From assembly GCF_000143415.4 (NCBI RefSeq), contig NW_003314316.1, positions 598,182 through 662,181 of the forward strand: a DNA stretch of 64,000 nt, written 5' to 3'. Both the position numbers and the translations under genes were made by a program. This DNA is from Selaginella moellendorffii (Eukaryota > Plantae > Lycopodiophyta). Shown here piece after piece: positions 47,458 to 60,700 of this stretch. How positions within the stretch are numbered: the first letter of the stretch is position 1; each line of letters starts with the position of its first letter. The notes under the pieces are model-generated. The model searched no databases. It was not told the origin of the DNA and saw nothing but the letters and a program-made list of their open reading frames with translations.

Positions 47458-49638
47458 TCAAAAACTGGGCGTTCCGGACCAGCCATCGACACACTTCAAC
47501 AAGGGAGCAACAAGCTTGCCCTGGCAGATGGCATCGTAGACTTTGGTGAAGTCCTCGCCGGGCGTTCCACTCTTGGTCCCCATGAGCAGCGCAGTCCCGG
47601 CACCTTTCCTCACAAACTCATACAGCGGCGCCGAGGCACAGTCGAAGATCCGGTTTGGCAGCACCGCGTTACCGCTCTCGTACGCCTCCCTGGCAGCCAG
47701 GACCTCGACACTCAACGCCGCCTTGAGCTCCTCCTCGAACAGCCCGATCTTGTGCAACACCGAGGAGCTCGTCTCCTTCTCGTCCCCGATGTTCTTCAAG
47801 GCGTGCTCGACGAGAACCTGGCGGAGCTTCTGCATGAGCGGGTATCCAGCGCTGGCCGGATCATCGATGTAGGTGAAGACGTGCTGGTTGTCCACCACGG
47901 ACAGGAGCTCCTTCTCGCAGAGGCGCGACGGCAGCAGCGCTCCGGCAGCCCCGGTGGTGAGCGTATTCTTAACGGCGTGAGAGACTGTCTGCTTCACGGT
48001 GGCTTGCAAGTTCTCCTCGAGGTGGCGGAGGTCGATGGCCTGGCACAGCGCCACCAGATACGTCGACGACATGAGCTTGAGGATGTTGAGAGCTTCCACC
48101 GTCTTGCGAGCCGAGACGAGGCCGAGAGAGTTCACGTCCTGGTTGTGCTGCTCGGCGCTCTGGACGTGGGTGGTGACCGGGTTGGCCAGGTACTGGAGCT
48201 CCGAGGTGTACGAGGCCATGGCGATCTCGGCACCTTTGAAACCATAGTCCAAGCTCGGGTTGGATCCGCCGCTCAAGTTGGAAGGCAGGCCGTTGTTGTA
48301 GAAGTCATTGACGAGCTCCGAGAACTGCGCGAACATGAGCTTCCCGATGGCCGCCACCGCCAGGCGCAAGTTATCCATGGACACACCGATGGGCGTCCCC
48401 TGGAAGTTGCCGCCGTGGAGGGCCTTGTCGCGAGCAACGTCGATGATCGGGTTGTCATTCACGGAGTTGATCTCGCGCTGGATGGAGTGAGTGGCGTGGC
48501 GGATGACCTCGATCTGCGGGCCGAGCCACTGCGGGGAGGTCCGCAGCGCGTAGCGGTCCTGCTTGGGCTTCTTGAGGGAGTCGGTCTCGTGGAGCTTGGC
48601 GGCGGCCTTCATGTAGGAGCTCCCGGCGAGGACGTGCTCCATGATGGCGGCGGCCTCGATCTGGCCGGGGTGGTGCTTGAGCTTGTGCGTCAGCGGATCC
48701 GTGAACTCGGGCTTGCCTTGCATCGCCTCGCAGAACATCGCGGACAGGATCTCGGCCAGGAGCGCCAGGACGTTGGCGTCGAAGCAGGCGATGGAGGCCA
48801 CCGCCGCGCCGACTGCCGTGCCGTTGACGATGGCGAAGCCTTCCTTGGGCTGGAGCTCGAAGGGCTGCTCCACGCCGACGAGCTTGAGCGCCTCGGTGCT
48901 GTTGACGACCTTCCCGTCCGGCAAGACGGCGCGCGCGTTGGATCGGCCGCTGAGCAGCCCGGCAATGTAGCTGAGAGGGACGAGATCGCCGGAGGCAGTG
49001 ATTGTCCCGCGGAGTGGGATCCGCGCCACGATGCCCGAGTTGACGAGCTTCTCCATGGCGGACAGGATCTCCCACCGGATGCCCGAGTAGCCCTGGAGGA
49101 GCGTGTTGGTGCGCACCAGCATCGCGCCGCGCGCGAAGGCCAGCGGGAGAACGTTGGTCGAATCGTCGTCGCTGAAGATCCCGGCGTTGAGGACGCGGAT
49201 GAGCTCGCGCTGGAGCCCCACGCCCTGGTTGATCCGGCGGTGGGAGGTGGCGCCGAATCCAGTCGTGACGCCGAGGATGTCGGTCCCCTTCATCGCATTG
49301 TCGAGTACCCAGTTGGAGCTCTCGTCCACCCTCTTCTTGGCGGCGGCGGAATCCAAGCGTACCTGGGCACCGCGCTTGGCCACCGCCGCCACCTGGGCGA
49401 TGGTGAGCGTGGTGCCCTCGATCGGGAAGCTGGGCTTGGCGGCGCCGTAGACGGTGTGGGCCATCTCGCGGACCTCCTCGAGGTGGCTACCCGACATCGC
49501 CGCCGCGGCCTTCTTCCAGCTGAGGGGATCGGCGGTGTCGTAGCGCGGAGTGGAATTGGGGAGGCAGAGCGTGGGATCTGGCGACACCCGGACGAGCGGC
49601 GAGTAGGAGGAGGTTGTGTCGCTGCCGTTGGCCACCAT
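47458..49638 (-). CDS. PAL: Phenylalanine ammonia-lyase family protein, intronless, 726 aa (probable start MVANGSD)
   Basis: MIO motif [61 protein letters not shown]; high GC3. Confidence 0.96.
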   Translation of the reverse strand: MVANGSDTTSSYSPLVRVSPDPTLCLPNSTPRYDTADPLSWKKAAAAMSGSHLEEVREMAHTVYGAAKPSFPIEGTTLTIAQVAAVAKRGAQVRLDSAAAKKRVDESSNWVLDNAMKGTDILGVTTGFGATSHRRINQGVGLQRELIRVLNAGIFSDDDSTNVLPLAFARGAMLVRTNTLLQGYSGIRWEILSAMEKLVNSGIVARIPLRGTITASGDLVPLSYIAGLLSGRSNARAVLPDGKVVNSTEALKLVGVEQPFELQPKEGFAIVNGTAVGAAVASIACFDANVLALLAEILSAMFCEAMQGKPEFTDPLTHKLKHHPGQIEAAAIMEHVLAGSSYMKAAAKLHETDSLKKPKQDRYALRTSPQWLGPQIEVIRHATHSIQREINSVNDNPIIDVARDKALHGGNFQGTPIGVSMDNLRLAVAAIGKLMFAQFSELVNDFYNNGLPSNLSGGSNPSLDYGFKGAEIAMASYTSELQYLANPVTTHVQSAEQHNQDVNSLGLVSARKTVEALNILKLMSSTYLVALCQAIDLRHLEENLQATVKQTVSHAVKNTLTTGAAGALLPSRLCEKELLSVVDNQHVFTYIDDPASAGYPLMQKLRQVLVEHALKNIGDEKETSSSVLHKIGLFEEELKAALSVEVLAAREAYESGNAVLPNRIFDCASAPLYEFVRKGAGTALLMGTKSGTPGEDFTKVYDAICQGKLVAPLLKCVDGWSGTPSF

Positions 49639-49917
49639 TTTCGCTTCTTCCCTGTGAGCTTCTCCTCGATCGATCGATCGATTGAGGGAGGATTTGTCTA
49701 GCTCCTGCAGCAGGGGAGGAATGAGAAGCCCAAATTGAGAGCGCCGGTGCGTGGAATCGATTGCCCGGCCTTGCCCTGTTCTCCGATCGAATCGCCGCCT
49801 CTTTGCTCCGATCGAATCGAATGTTTGCGCTCTTCTTTGTGTGTTCTTCCTCTTCTTTTGTGCGTTGGAAAAAGAGAGAAGAGAGAACACTGATCTATGC
49901 CAGCGTTTGAACTACCC

Positions 49918-50130
49918 TTTATACCCGCGCTGCCGCCCTCGGATGAGGGCCCATCCGACGGCTGCGCGGTCATGGCCATGGCCATGACTGGCATGACGTG
50001 GCAGCAAGATGCCCCGAGAATATTCTGGGCTGCGTCCTAACCCCTAGTTCGCTGTAAGAAATTAAAACACATGGGCGGTAGAATCCTACCGTACGCACCT
50101 CGATTTCCGTACGAACTGTCACCAACCGCG
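49918..50130 (-). promoter_or_regulatory. PAL proximal promoter: TATA (49918-49923), G-box-like TGACGTGG (~49994), AC element ACCAACC (50121-50127)
   Basis: Motifs seen upstream of the PAL ATG; AC elements are typical of phenylpropanoid promoters. Confidence 0.45.
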
Positions 50131-50469
50131 GCGTCCAGGTGGACGACCGGATTGTCAAGTTCGCGTGGCTGACGGGTGGATGGACTGGTGGGGGCAGGGG
50201 GGCATGCGGGCTCATGGTGAATATCTATCTTTTTCTTTTCTTTCTTGTGTGTATGTGGGGTTGTAATGTGCTGCGTGGAGAGACTAGCCACCTCCCCTCT
50301 ATGTTTCGATCAATCTGAAATGCCTTAAGAGTTATTTGCTTTGGTGGATTGATCCACAGTGTTTATGCAATATACCTATTATGGTTCTCTAGCATGCATT
50401 GTGTAGTTTTCTATCTTCCTTGATTTCCTAGTACCACACGCTTAACAATTAAAGGAACTATTTGACAAG

Positions 50470-50730
50470 TGATTTATAATGGTTTAAATATGAAAAGAAG
50501 AGGTGTAGTGCATTTTATTTTTCAATCGATTAAAGGTTTTGAGATGAGTAATATTGGGCTAGATGAAGTTTAAATTTAAAATTTTACATTTGGTATCATA
50601 GGGATTTTAGGTTTGACTTTGGAAAAGTTTACAATTAATAGTTTACATCCGGTATCATAATGAGATTAAGATCTAGTAAGTTTAGCTTGCTTCTAGCTGG
50701 CTCAACCTAAGGGGTAGGGTGTCGCTAAAT
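50470..50730 (+). mobile_element. Degenerate copy of the Cassandra-like TRIM
   Basis: CAATCGATTAAAGGTTTT and ..TTTACA + TTTGGTATCA PBS; AAGGGGTAGGGTGTC matches the interior of 44977-45497. Confidence 0.5.
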
Positions 50731-51186
50731 TTCCTTAAACTCTTAAGTATTGGTCCTAATTTTCAGATCCATATGAGAATCAGCTAACCTTACAAGAAGA
50801 TATTAAATAGCAAAACAAAATGCTAGAAACACTAGAATTAAGATTAATGTGTTATGTGCATGCTAAGATTCAACACAACTCTTGATCCAATGGACAATCA
50901 AAAGAGGGTAACATGAACAATATGGGATGTTCTACATTCTTCTCATTGTCTCGTTCGTCTTGCTATATCACCCATCTCATCACTTTAGATCAGTCAAGGC
51001 CATAAATCAAGTGAAAGGTGGTGCAACAAAGAAATCCTTGTTGATCTAGTTGTCAAACCCTTATAAAAATCATATATAGATTTTAATAATGTAAATTCTT
51101 TTGTAAATACTTTCATTGAAACTATTAGTCTCTTGTAGCATTTGCTTGTTAGTGTCAAAGGATTTTAACATTAGAATCAAAACATT

Positions 51187-51286
51187 NNNNNNNNNNNNNN
51201 NNNNNNNNNNNNNNNNNNNNNNNNNNNNNNNNNNNNNNNNNNNNNNNNNNNNNNNNNNNNNNNNNNNNNNNNNNNNNNNNNNNNNN
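51187..51286. other. Assembly gap (100 N)
   Basis: Run of N. Confidence 1.
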
Positions 51287-51354
51287 TATTGCATGTTACG
51301 GAACATAACAAGTGGCTTCAAGTTTTGTGATGGAGTCACTTAGGAAGTGGATGG

Positions 51355-53070
51355 TGTAAGCTATTAATTTTTTCCATTATACTTTAGTCACTTAACCATA
51401 CATCCAACCACTTGGAGGAATCTCATTCATAACCTCTATAAGTCCAATTCCGGACTTGGGGCTTGCTCACCCCGAGAAGGGCATTCATGCCCTTCAACCT
51501 TTGCACTTGGTCCAAGTGCTCCACGCGTCTGATCCCATGATCGACACTCCAAGGTACCACCAACATACCAGCCCGTTATGCTAGGCCATGCCCTTTCACC
51601 TTGGTCACATTGGTGGTTCAACACCACCTACATTGCAATCCTATCTCTCCAAGACTGGGCCATCTGTTCATGAGTGGTCATCCCAGATCCACTCCCTAGC
51701 ATCCTTAGGATGCCCACAAACATGGGGAATAGCTTTCCCCAATATCTTCTTTCCAGTCCTCATCAAGTCCCTTTCTGTCTATGGCTGTGTTCACCAACAC
51801 TGCCACTATATCAAGGCCCGCAAGCCCGACCTCTAAGTCCCTCAATCCTTTGGGACTTTCTCACCATGTGACCATATCCTTGGTCACTACACTAAAGGAC
51901 TGCTCCTCTTCCCTTTCACCGTTTAGGACTTTGGGACAACATTTCGGAACATTGTGGCCTTACACAAGCCTCATGGGTACTCTCCCCACCTCTTGCCTTT
52001 TGGTGCTCTAGCCATGGGCTTAAAGCGAGGTTTCGTTGAGCCACACCGGGTATCCAAGTAGGTAGTGCCACCCACACTTGGACTGGGAGCATCGGCCAGT
52101 CGATCTCCCGGGGGAATTAGAGCCGGCTCTTGAACACTTCACCAAGCTACCCCGCTTGTCGGTCTGTGTTCACTCTAGTCTTGGACTTCCCAGTGGGCAG
52201 CTCATCACCTGACACTGGGTCCGGCCTTCCTGGGCCAAATTAACCTTTCCTGGCCAAATTGGCTCCACTGTAATCCTCCCCCTACTATACTTTTGGAGCT
52301 CACCAAACCCCCCAAGGTTTGGGAGACGAACGCTTTAGGCTTTCACCCTCTTAGACTCGAACTCGGACTTGGACTCGGACTTGGACTCGGACTCGGACTT
52401 GAACTTGGACTTGGACTCGGACTCGAACTCGGACTCGGTCTCGGCCTCGGCCTCGGTCCTGATCTCGGTCTTGATCTCGGTCTCGGTCCCGGTCTCGGTC
52501 TTGACCTCGGAGTCCATCTCGGGTCCTTCTTGGACTCCATCTCGGATTCCATCTCGGGTCCATCTCGGACTCCATCTCGGACTCCATCTTGGGTCCGTCT
52601 CGGACTTAATCTTGGATCCATCTCGGGTCCATCTCGGACTCCACCTCAAACTCCACCTCGGACTCCATCTCAGACTCCATCTCGGACTCCATCTTGGGTC
52701 CATCTCGGACTCCACCTCGGACTCTGTCTTGGGTCCTTTTTGGGTCCACCTTGGACTCCACCTCAGACTCCATCTCAGGTCCTTCTCGGACTCCACTTCG
52801 GACTCCATTTTGGACTCCAACTCGAGTCCATGTTGGACACTTCCACGTGTCATGTGTTAGTCTTTTTTGGGTCCCTTTTTGGAGCCTCGCTTATTGCTCG
52901 CTTTGTGCTCATTCCTCAAACACGTTTTTGGGAGTTCCACTTCTGCTCTCAACCTTTCAAATCGGAGCTTTTAATCCAAATGTGTTACACTCATTTGGCT
53001 TTTGCTTCGGCCACTACCATGTGACGCCCTTCCGGCTCCACTTTGGGGCCTAGGGATTTTGTGTCTCACA
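51355..53070 (-). mobile_element. Family-A solo LTR
   Basis: TGTAAG..GTCTCACA; degenerate TSD GATGG/AATAG. Confidence 0.85.
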
Positions 53071-53491
53071 AATAGCTCATGGGCAGCATTGGGCATTCTT
53101 GTTCATAATTTCACTAGTATCTTTAAGAGTGTGTTTTTGATATTGTTTTAGTTTCTATAGGACATTGAGGAATGTACATACACATTCATCTTTCAAGTGG
53201 CATTTATTTTACACAACTCACTAGAAAGTGAAATCTTGGGTTGTGCTGATGATACCCCACACCATCTTTTATGAATCCACCCCAAAACAAAAATTTAGAT
53301 AGTGACAATCAAGAGCAAGATACCTACCCTTCAAGGGCATCTTGTGGAATCTAACAACTTCCACAAACGATTTGCTGGGCTCAAGATTGTGACTTTGTGG
53401 TAAAAAGCATAGTAAATCTTCCACCAGCTTTTGAAAGGACATAATACTGGCACTGGGAATCTTGTCTCGTCAAATGTAGGTCTTTGATTCC

Positions 53492-54990
53492 ATGCCAGAT
53501 CAGAGCCTAGCATCCTGGAATTCCTTGCTGGCAAACATGGCATCTTGTTCCTCTTTCGATGACACAAAGAGGGTATTTGATTCCATGAAGAGAAGGAATC
53601 TTTTCTCTTGGACGGTGATGCTAACGGGATATGCCCGAACTGGGGATCTGGAGGGCATGAACGCTTTGTTTGGTGCTATGCCCGAGAGGAATCTGATGTC
53701 ATGGACGGTTGCGATTAGTGGGTTTGGTTCCAATGGCAAGATCCAGCAAGCAAAGAGTCTGTTCGACTCGATGCTAGAGTGGAATCTTGTCGCCATGAAT
53801 GCGATGCTCGCGGCATTTGTCCAGGAGGGCTATCTCCAAGAGGCCAAATCCTTTTTCGATTGGATGCCTGAGACGAATCTAATTTCCTCGACAACGTTGC
53901 TGCGAGCTTACGCTCAGGAATCACAAATCCTCGAGGCAAAGCGCTTGTTTGATTCAATGCCGGAGAAGAATCTCGTCACCTGGACGACGATGGTAGCGGC
54001 ATTTCGCCAGGATCCTCTTCTTCTGAGTGAAACGAGAGATCTCTTTGATCGGATGCCGGAGCACAACATTGTATCACGGACAGTGATGCTGATGTCATAC
54101 GGTCGCGCTGGCCACGTCACTCAAGCACAAGGCATCTTTCATCAAATGCCTGGACGAGACCTGACAGCGTGGAATGCCATGCTGGTAGCATTTGCCCAAG
54201 ATGGGCAAATCTTACACGTAATTAACTTGTTTGGGCAAATGCCTGTGCATGACGTAGGATCCATGTCAACCANNNNNNNNNNNNNNNNNNNNNNNNNNNN
54301 NNNNNNNNNNNNNNNNNNNNNNNNNNNNNNNNNNNNNNNNNNNNNNNNNNNNNNNNNNNNNNNNNNNNNNNNCATAGCTCAAACGCGTTTATCTCGTCTT
54401 TAGCACTCAATCGTAAACTTGCTAGTGCAGTTGGTGTTTTTCACAGGGCTAACCAGAGAGATGTAACAACCTGGAACACCGTTCTTTCTGCATTTGCCCG
54501 TGATGGAAATCTGCAAGAAGCTGAAAAAGTCTTCCAATCGATGCCGGAGCGCGATCTCGTGAGCTGGAATTCAGTGCTGGTGGCATATGCGGGGCAAGGC
54601 AAGCCAGCCCAAGCGATCGGATTCTTCTACGAGCTTCAGCAACAGTGGATTCCCAGCGCAATCAGCGTTGTTTGCTTCTTGGTTGCCTGCGGCCGGGTGG
54701 GGAACTGCGCACTGGGCATCTCTTGCTTCAGATCCATGACACGGGACTTCGGATTGGAGGCAACCAAGCAGCACTACAGCTGCGTGATCGATCTCCTGTG
54801 CCGGGCAGTCGTTTTGGCGAATGCCCAAGCCGTGATTGCTGAAATGCCCAGTGTTCCTGATCTTGTCGATTGGCATTGCGTGCTCGCGTTTTGTTCCAGT
54901 GACAAAAACGTTGAACAAGGAAGAGTGTGTGCCATGTCTGTTCTTGAGATGGAACCATACAACGCTGCTGCTTACGTCTCGTTGTCATAA
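53492..54990 (+). CDS. PLS-class pentatricopeptide repeat protein with 31-aa repeats and a truncated E-like C-terminus; spans an assembly gap, may be a pseudogene
   Basis: Repeats of the F..MPERNL.SW..ML type; HYSCVIDLL.R..L..A...I..MP..PD.V.W motif; gap at 54273-54372. Confidence 0.8.
54273..54372. other. Assembly gap (100 N)
   Basis: Run of N. Confidence 1.
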
Positions 54991-55155
54991 ACATTGATCT
55001 AAAACTCCCGCCAAGATTTAAACTTTTGGCTGACGTGGCGCTCATTTATTGGTGGAAGGAACCCTAGAAAGGGATCACTGGAATTCGCGAAGATCCCAGG
55101 AGCAGCAAGGAGAAGGAGCAAGAACAGTCTTCTCCTTCCTCCATGGCCGTCAACA

Positions 55156-56913
55156 ATGCGTTGCTGGAAAAGGTGTCGTTGTCATCTTCTTCGTCGGCTT
55201 CCGGTGGTGGTGGGAATGACAGCCGGGGAAAGCTCCGGGGGCATGATTCCTGTGGAGCCACCGTCACCTCCCATTCCACCAGACACCCACGTCACGCGCT
55301 CACACAAGAAATCGTCCAAGCACAACTCTGGACCGAGCAACTCGCTGGGTGGCACGAGTGGTTCCAATCTCGGGAGGAATTTGCCTTCTCCTCGTGAGAT
55401 CTGCGAGGAGCTTGACAAGTTCGTCATCGGCCAGGAACGAGCCAAAAAGGTGTGTGTTCTTGCTTTTATCTTACGTTTAGTTGTTCTTCTCTTCCAGGTG
55501 TTGTCTGTGGCAGTCTATAATCACTACAAACGGATTTACTTTGAGAGTTTAAGAAATGAAGCTGCCAAAGCCGCTTCTATGGGAGAGTACGCAACATTTT
55601 TTCTATTCCTATACCAACAAGTGCTTGCATTGTTTTTCAGATCAGAGGAATTTGATGAGAGCGTAGAGTTGAATGCCAATGCGTCTGGAGACGATGAAGT
55701 TGAGCTTGAGAAGAGCAACGTGCTGTTCCTCGGTCCTACTGGCTCTGGTACCGATGCTTTACACAAGATTCCATGCAAGCTCATCTTGATTTTTTGCAGG
55801 GAAGACATTGTTAGCTAAGTGCTTGGAAAGTTTGTGAATGTTCCCTTCATAATTGCAGATGCTACGACGCTCACACAGGCAAGATTAAATCAGCAAATTT
55901 TCTAAGATGCAAGTAAGGAAATTTTGTTTGAGCTTGGTTCGTTATAAAGTATTGGCTCCTTAGGCAGGATATGTTGGAGAAGACGTGGAATCTATCCTTC
56001 ATAAACTTCTTGTGGTATGTTTGGGGTACTATTACCAAACCTGGTCGTAAGCACTTTGTCTTTCACTAGGCGGCCGAGTTCAACGTAAATGCAGCTCAGC
56101 CTACATTGACGAAGTCGACAAAATTACCAAAAAGGTACGATCAAAATCCATTTTTCTTTCTTTCTTTCGGCCTGACTTTTCTCCAGTGCAGTCAGAAAGC
56201 CTCAACATTGGAAGATGAGCGGTGAAGGTGTTCAACAAGCACTGCTCAAAATTTTGGAAGGAACTGCTGAAATACTATTCTCATTGCAAAGACTTCTTGG
56301 GTAATCAACTCGTTCAGTGAGTGTGTACAGATTGTTAACGTCCCTGAGAAAGGAGCTAGGAAGCATCCTCGTAGCGATCACACCCAGGTTTGCTGTGGGG
56401 TTCTATCTTTCAGCTTTGATTTATTTACAGATACGAAAGAAATCCTTTTTATATTGCGGGGATCTGGAGAAAACGATTGCAGAGAGGTTAGTGGTTGCAA
56501 AGACTTTAGTTATCGTTTTTATCTAAAGCAATATCCCAGGAGACAAGATTCGTCTATCGGTTTTGGGGCACCAGTGCGAGCCAATATAAGAAACAACGGT
56601 GGTACAACCAGTGCGACGGTTGCTTCATCTTTTCTTGAAAAGGTTTGGTCCACTTTATGGCTTTAAAATTTAGAGATGTCTCTTTTTCCTCTTAAGCAGG
56701 TCGAGAGCAGTGACCTTATTTCATATGGATTGATACCAGAGTTTATTGGACGCTTTCCAGTGATTGTGAGCCTTTCCGCTTTGAACGAGGATCAACTTGT
56801 CCAGGTTAGTTAAATGACTTATACTTTACAGCATACTTTTTCCTGGGCAGGTTCTCATGACGCCTAAGAACGCATTGGGCAAACAGTACACCAAGCTCTT
56901 TGCAATGAACGAC
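55156..56913 (+). pseudogene. CLPX: Mitochondrial-type ClpX AAA+ ATPase, multi-exon, frameshifted and 3'-truncated
   Basis: [13 protein letters not shown]|[26 protein letters not shown]|KTLLAK, ADATTLTQ|[37 protein letters not shown]; small deletions at ~55820 and ~56100. Confidence 0.88.
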
Positions 56914-57739
56914 GTAAGAGATGTCTCAAAATCAACTCAAGATTGATCATGGCTTGTTCCAATTGGAATCAAGATGAGAGCTCTTTCACTTTCAGCACTC
57001 ATCATCTCATTGTTTTGATCGATCGCGCGATCAAAAAGGGAATTTTGGAATTCCGGAACTCAAATCGTGGGTGGGAGTGAAATTGCGATCAATGCAGGCT
57101 GTTCTATGTGCGCTAAGTAGCGGCGAGAAAACCCAGGAGCGCGATTTTGCTAAGAAAATCCCAGGATCACGTAAAAGGCACCAAGAACACCAAGAACAGG
57201 GGAGGACACCTTTCTGGGCATTCAAATGGAGGGAGGAGTAATTTTCTTACCTGGACGATTCGGTGGTAGGACGTGCAAGCGGAGCAGAGTGGATTCTTGG
57301 CGAGGCAAAAACAAGACGGCTCTCAGGGCGATCGAAGCGATTCGAATTCTAGCGATTAAAAGAGATGGATCGATTGTTGGACGGGGAAAGAAGAGGAAGG
57401 AAGGAGGCAAACATTTGAGAACAAGATTGATAGAAATTAATATCACACAAGACACCCACACAGCACACCGGCTTGGGGCCGATCGTTTCCTCAGAAACAC
57501 CGTCGGATTCTAGCGGCCATCCAACGGCCAATAGCGAAGAGCCCGCCTGGCCGTCCGATGCCGCATCCGACGGCTGGCGATCAACAAGACGTGTGCGTTT
57601 CGTTTTCCCTAACCCTAAATATAGATTGGAATATGGAAATGGAATATGCTTATAAATTAACTTAATAACCTTAGTTTACATATAAAAGTAAATGGTCTGA
57701 ATTAAAATCAATCTGATGTCCCACTACACTAATATTATT

Positions 57740-60700
57740 ATAACACCACTTTAAAGCTTCTTTCTCGTTTCCACTAGCTTTTCTCTTTGTCTTCTGCATT
57801 TTCCAATTTTGATCTTGTTGAGAGTATTGACAATTTAATTCAGATTGTGTTTTTTGCTTTTGCTTTAGCTCATTTTGATTGCTTCCAAAATCGCCCCAAG
57901 ATTTGGCGCGATCAGAATGTTGCTTGAAGCTTTGTTATGGTTTTCTCCTTTCTTGGAAAAGAGTATGAAAGGGGTTATAGTTTCAAAGCTAATGGATCTT
58001 CAATTGTTCAAAGAGAAGCTCGAAGCATGTTTTGGCGAGATGGATCGGGTTCGGGCTGCCACCACAAAGATGAGACGTCTTTCTTAAGGGTCTTGTCTTG
58101 CCTCGATCTATACTGCAGAGTTCCAACTCCTTGCCTTGGACACTCAATAGGATGAGTGGGCCCTAATTGATCAATTTCGTTTCGGCCTTAACAACAGTGT
58201 CAAGGATTTGTTGCTCACCACGGAGGATCTCACGGACTTGTCGGACACCATCAACAAAGCTATTCAATGCGACAATTCTCTTTAAACATTGTCAGGAAAG
58301 TTGCCGTGCTGCCGTTTTCGCATCTCAAACTTAGGAATCCCAGCTTGAGTCTTCGGGGCATACTCCTGAACCTACTACTCCGGTCCCGATGGAAAGTTGA
58401 GTCCTGCTAAGAAGCAATGTAGAATATCTCATAATCTTTGCCTCTACTATGCTGATCCTAATCACAAAGCAGCTGTGTGTCCCAAGAAGCCTCTCTGATT
58501 GCTCGAGTTCACTCTGCCTCAAGGTCCACCTCTGTTGCAGTCGGGAAATGACCCAATCCAAACAAAGTAAAAGCTGTCTGTTTGGACTCCCCGAATAAAA
58601 ATCATTTTTCTTCTTTATCAAGCTCCTCACCACCTTTCATCAAAGCCACCACCAATTCCCACAACTTCCGCATCCCATGTCTCCTTTCTTTCATCGGACA
58701 ATCAAGACTCAATGCTCTGGTGCTACTGGACTTGGGTGCAACTTCCTGTTTCATGGACACGGACTTTGCTACCTGACATCACGTTCCTCTTTCTCCTACC
58801 ATACAAGATTTGAGGGTTGAAGGCATCGGCAGGCATTTTGTGTCTCCATCTTTTGGACTTAGGGAAACGTTACCCCTTCAAGTACACATCGGGTCCACCA
58901 TCACCGATATCGCCTTCAACATCATCAATAGCAAGTCCTCCTCTGTGGTGCTCGGCCTTCCTTGGTTCCAACTACACCAACCTTAGATTTGTTGGAAGGA
59001 ATTACAGCTCGTCTCTCCCACGTCACCATCTCCCACGGCTTCCCCTATTATTCATTGAGTCCGAATAAGGAAAAGTCCCCTAAACTCAAATCGGGGTTCT
59101 GTTCCTGACTCTATGAAGTTCTCACCTTTTTCTTTTCCCTCTCTTCCATCTTACACTGGACAATATCCTCATCTCATCATTCCATTCAGTCGTATGCCTC
59201 CTTCTATCTCCACAATCACTATGAAAAAACTCCTTCATGAAAAACTTATTTTCCTTTTTGCTTTGCATGTTTCTCCTGTCAGTCTTCCTGAGAAGTATCA
59301 TGATTTTGGGGATGTGTTTGACAAGAAAAAAGCTAGTGTACTACCTATTCATCAGCCTTATGACTGTCCCATTGATTTACAAGAAGGAGCGTCACCTCCG
59401 TGGGGGCTTATCTACGGGTTATCCATGTCTGAGCTTAAGGCCCTCAATGAGTACGTGGACGAGAACCTTGCTTCGGGGTACATTCAGCATTTGCAATCCC
59501 CGGTTGGAGTGCCTGTCTTCTTTGTCAAGAAGAAGGATGGGAGTTTGCGGCTAGTTATCGACTACCAAGGTTTGAATAAGGTGATTGTTTGGAACCATTA
59601 TCCATTGCCCTTGATCTCAGATCTGTTGGAATGCCTTAGGGGTGCCTTTTTCTTCACCAAGATCGACCTCCGTGGAGCATACAACCTGATTCGGATCCAG
59701 CTTGGCGATGAATGGAAGACTGCATTCTGAACCCACTATGGCCACTTCGAGTACACTGTCATGCCATTTGGCTTGACAAATGCTCCAACCGTTTTCCAAC
59801 ACATGGCAAATGACGTATTTTGGGAGTTTCTTGATCAGATGGTGATCATCTGCCTCGACAAAATCCTCATCTACTCAAAAACTCAGGAGGAACATGACAA
59901 GCATGTGTGCAAGGTGCTAGCGAAGTTGTAGGAACATAGCCTATACGTGAAGCTTGAGAAATGTTGCTTCGATCAGGAGTCTGTGGAGTTCCTTGGGTAC
60001 ATTGTCACTCCTGAGGGTATCACGATGGATCCTGCCAAAGTCAAGACTATTCTCGAATGGGAGCCTCCACAATCAATGTCGGACGTTCAGGTTTTCCTTC
60101 GCTTCGCCAACTTCTACCACAAATTCATTGATCACTACTTTGATATTGTCCTTCCTCTCACGCATCTCATTCGCAAGGATGTTCCTTTCTCTTGGTCTGC
60201 TACTGCCTAGTAGGCCTTCGACACACTCAAGGTGGCCTTTAGTTCTGCTCCTGTCTTGATCCATGCTGATCCCTCACAACCTTTCTTCATCGAGGCAGAC
60301 GCCTCCGACTTTGCCATCGGTGTTGTGCTGTCTCAACTCTGTGTGGATCAAGAATTTCATCCAGTCACTTTCCATTCTCGGAAATTCCAGATCAATTACG
60401 AAATCCACGACAAGGAGCTCCTTGCCATCATGGATTCCTTTGGAGAGTGGCATTGTTTCTTGGAGAGGGCGAGCCATCAAACAATGGTCTAGACAGATCA
60501 AAAAAATCTCGAGTACTTTGCCACTTCCTGAGTTTTGAGCCGTTGTCAGGCAAGGTGGGCACAATTCCTGAGTCAGATTGACTTTGTTATCAAGTACATA
60601 CCTGGAAAGCTTCAAGGCCTTCCTGATGCTCTTTCAAGGTGCTCCTATCTTAGTTTCAAGCCTGGTAATCCTACATTCGATCAACAGGATCAGGTTATTC

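Noticed and set aside
47752-49701. 649-aa ORF on the + strand
   Set aside because: Antisense shadow of the high-GC3 PAL gene.
49639-49890. 84-aa N-terminal extension of PAL in the ORF track
   Set aside because: Starts at a non-ATG codon in 5' UTR-like sequence just downstream of the TATA; the ATG at 49638 gives a normal PAL length.
57031-57660. GC-rich promoter-like patch with a telobox and short ORFs
   Set aside because: Possibly the 5' remnant of a gene, but no coding sequence could be supported.
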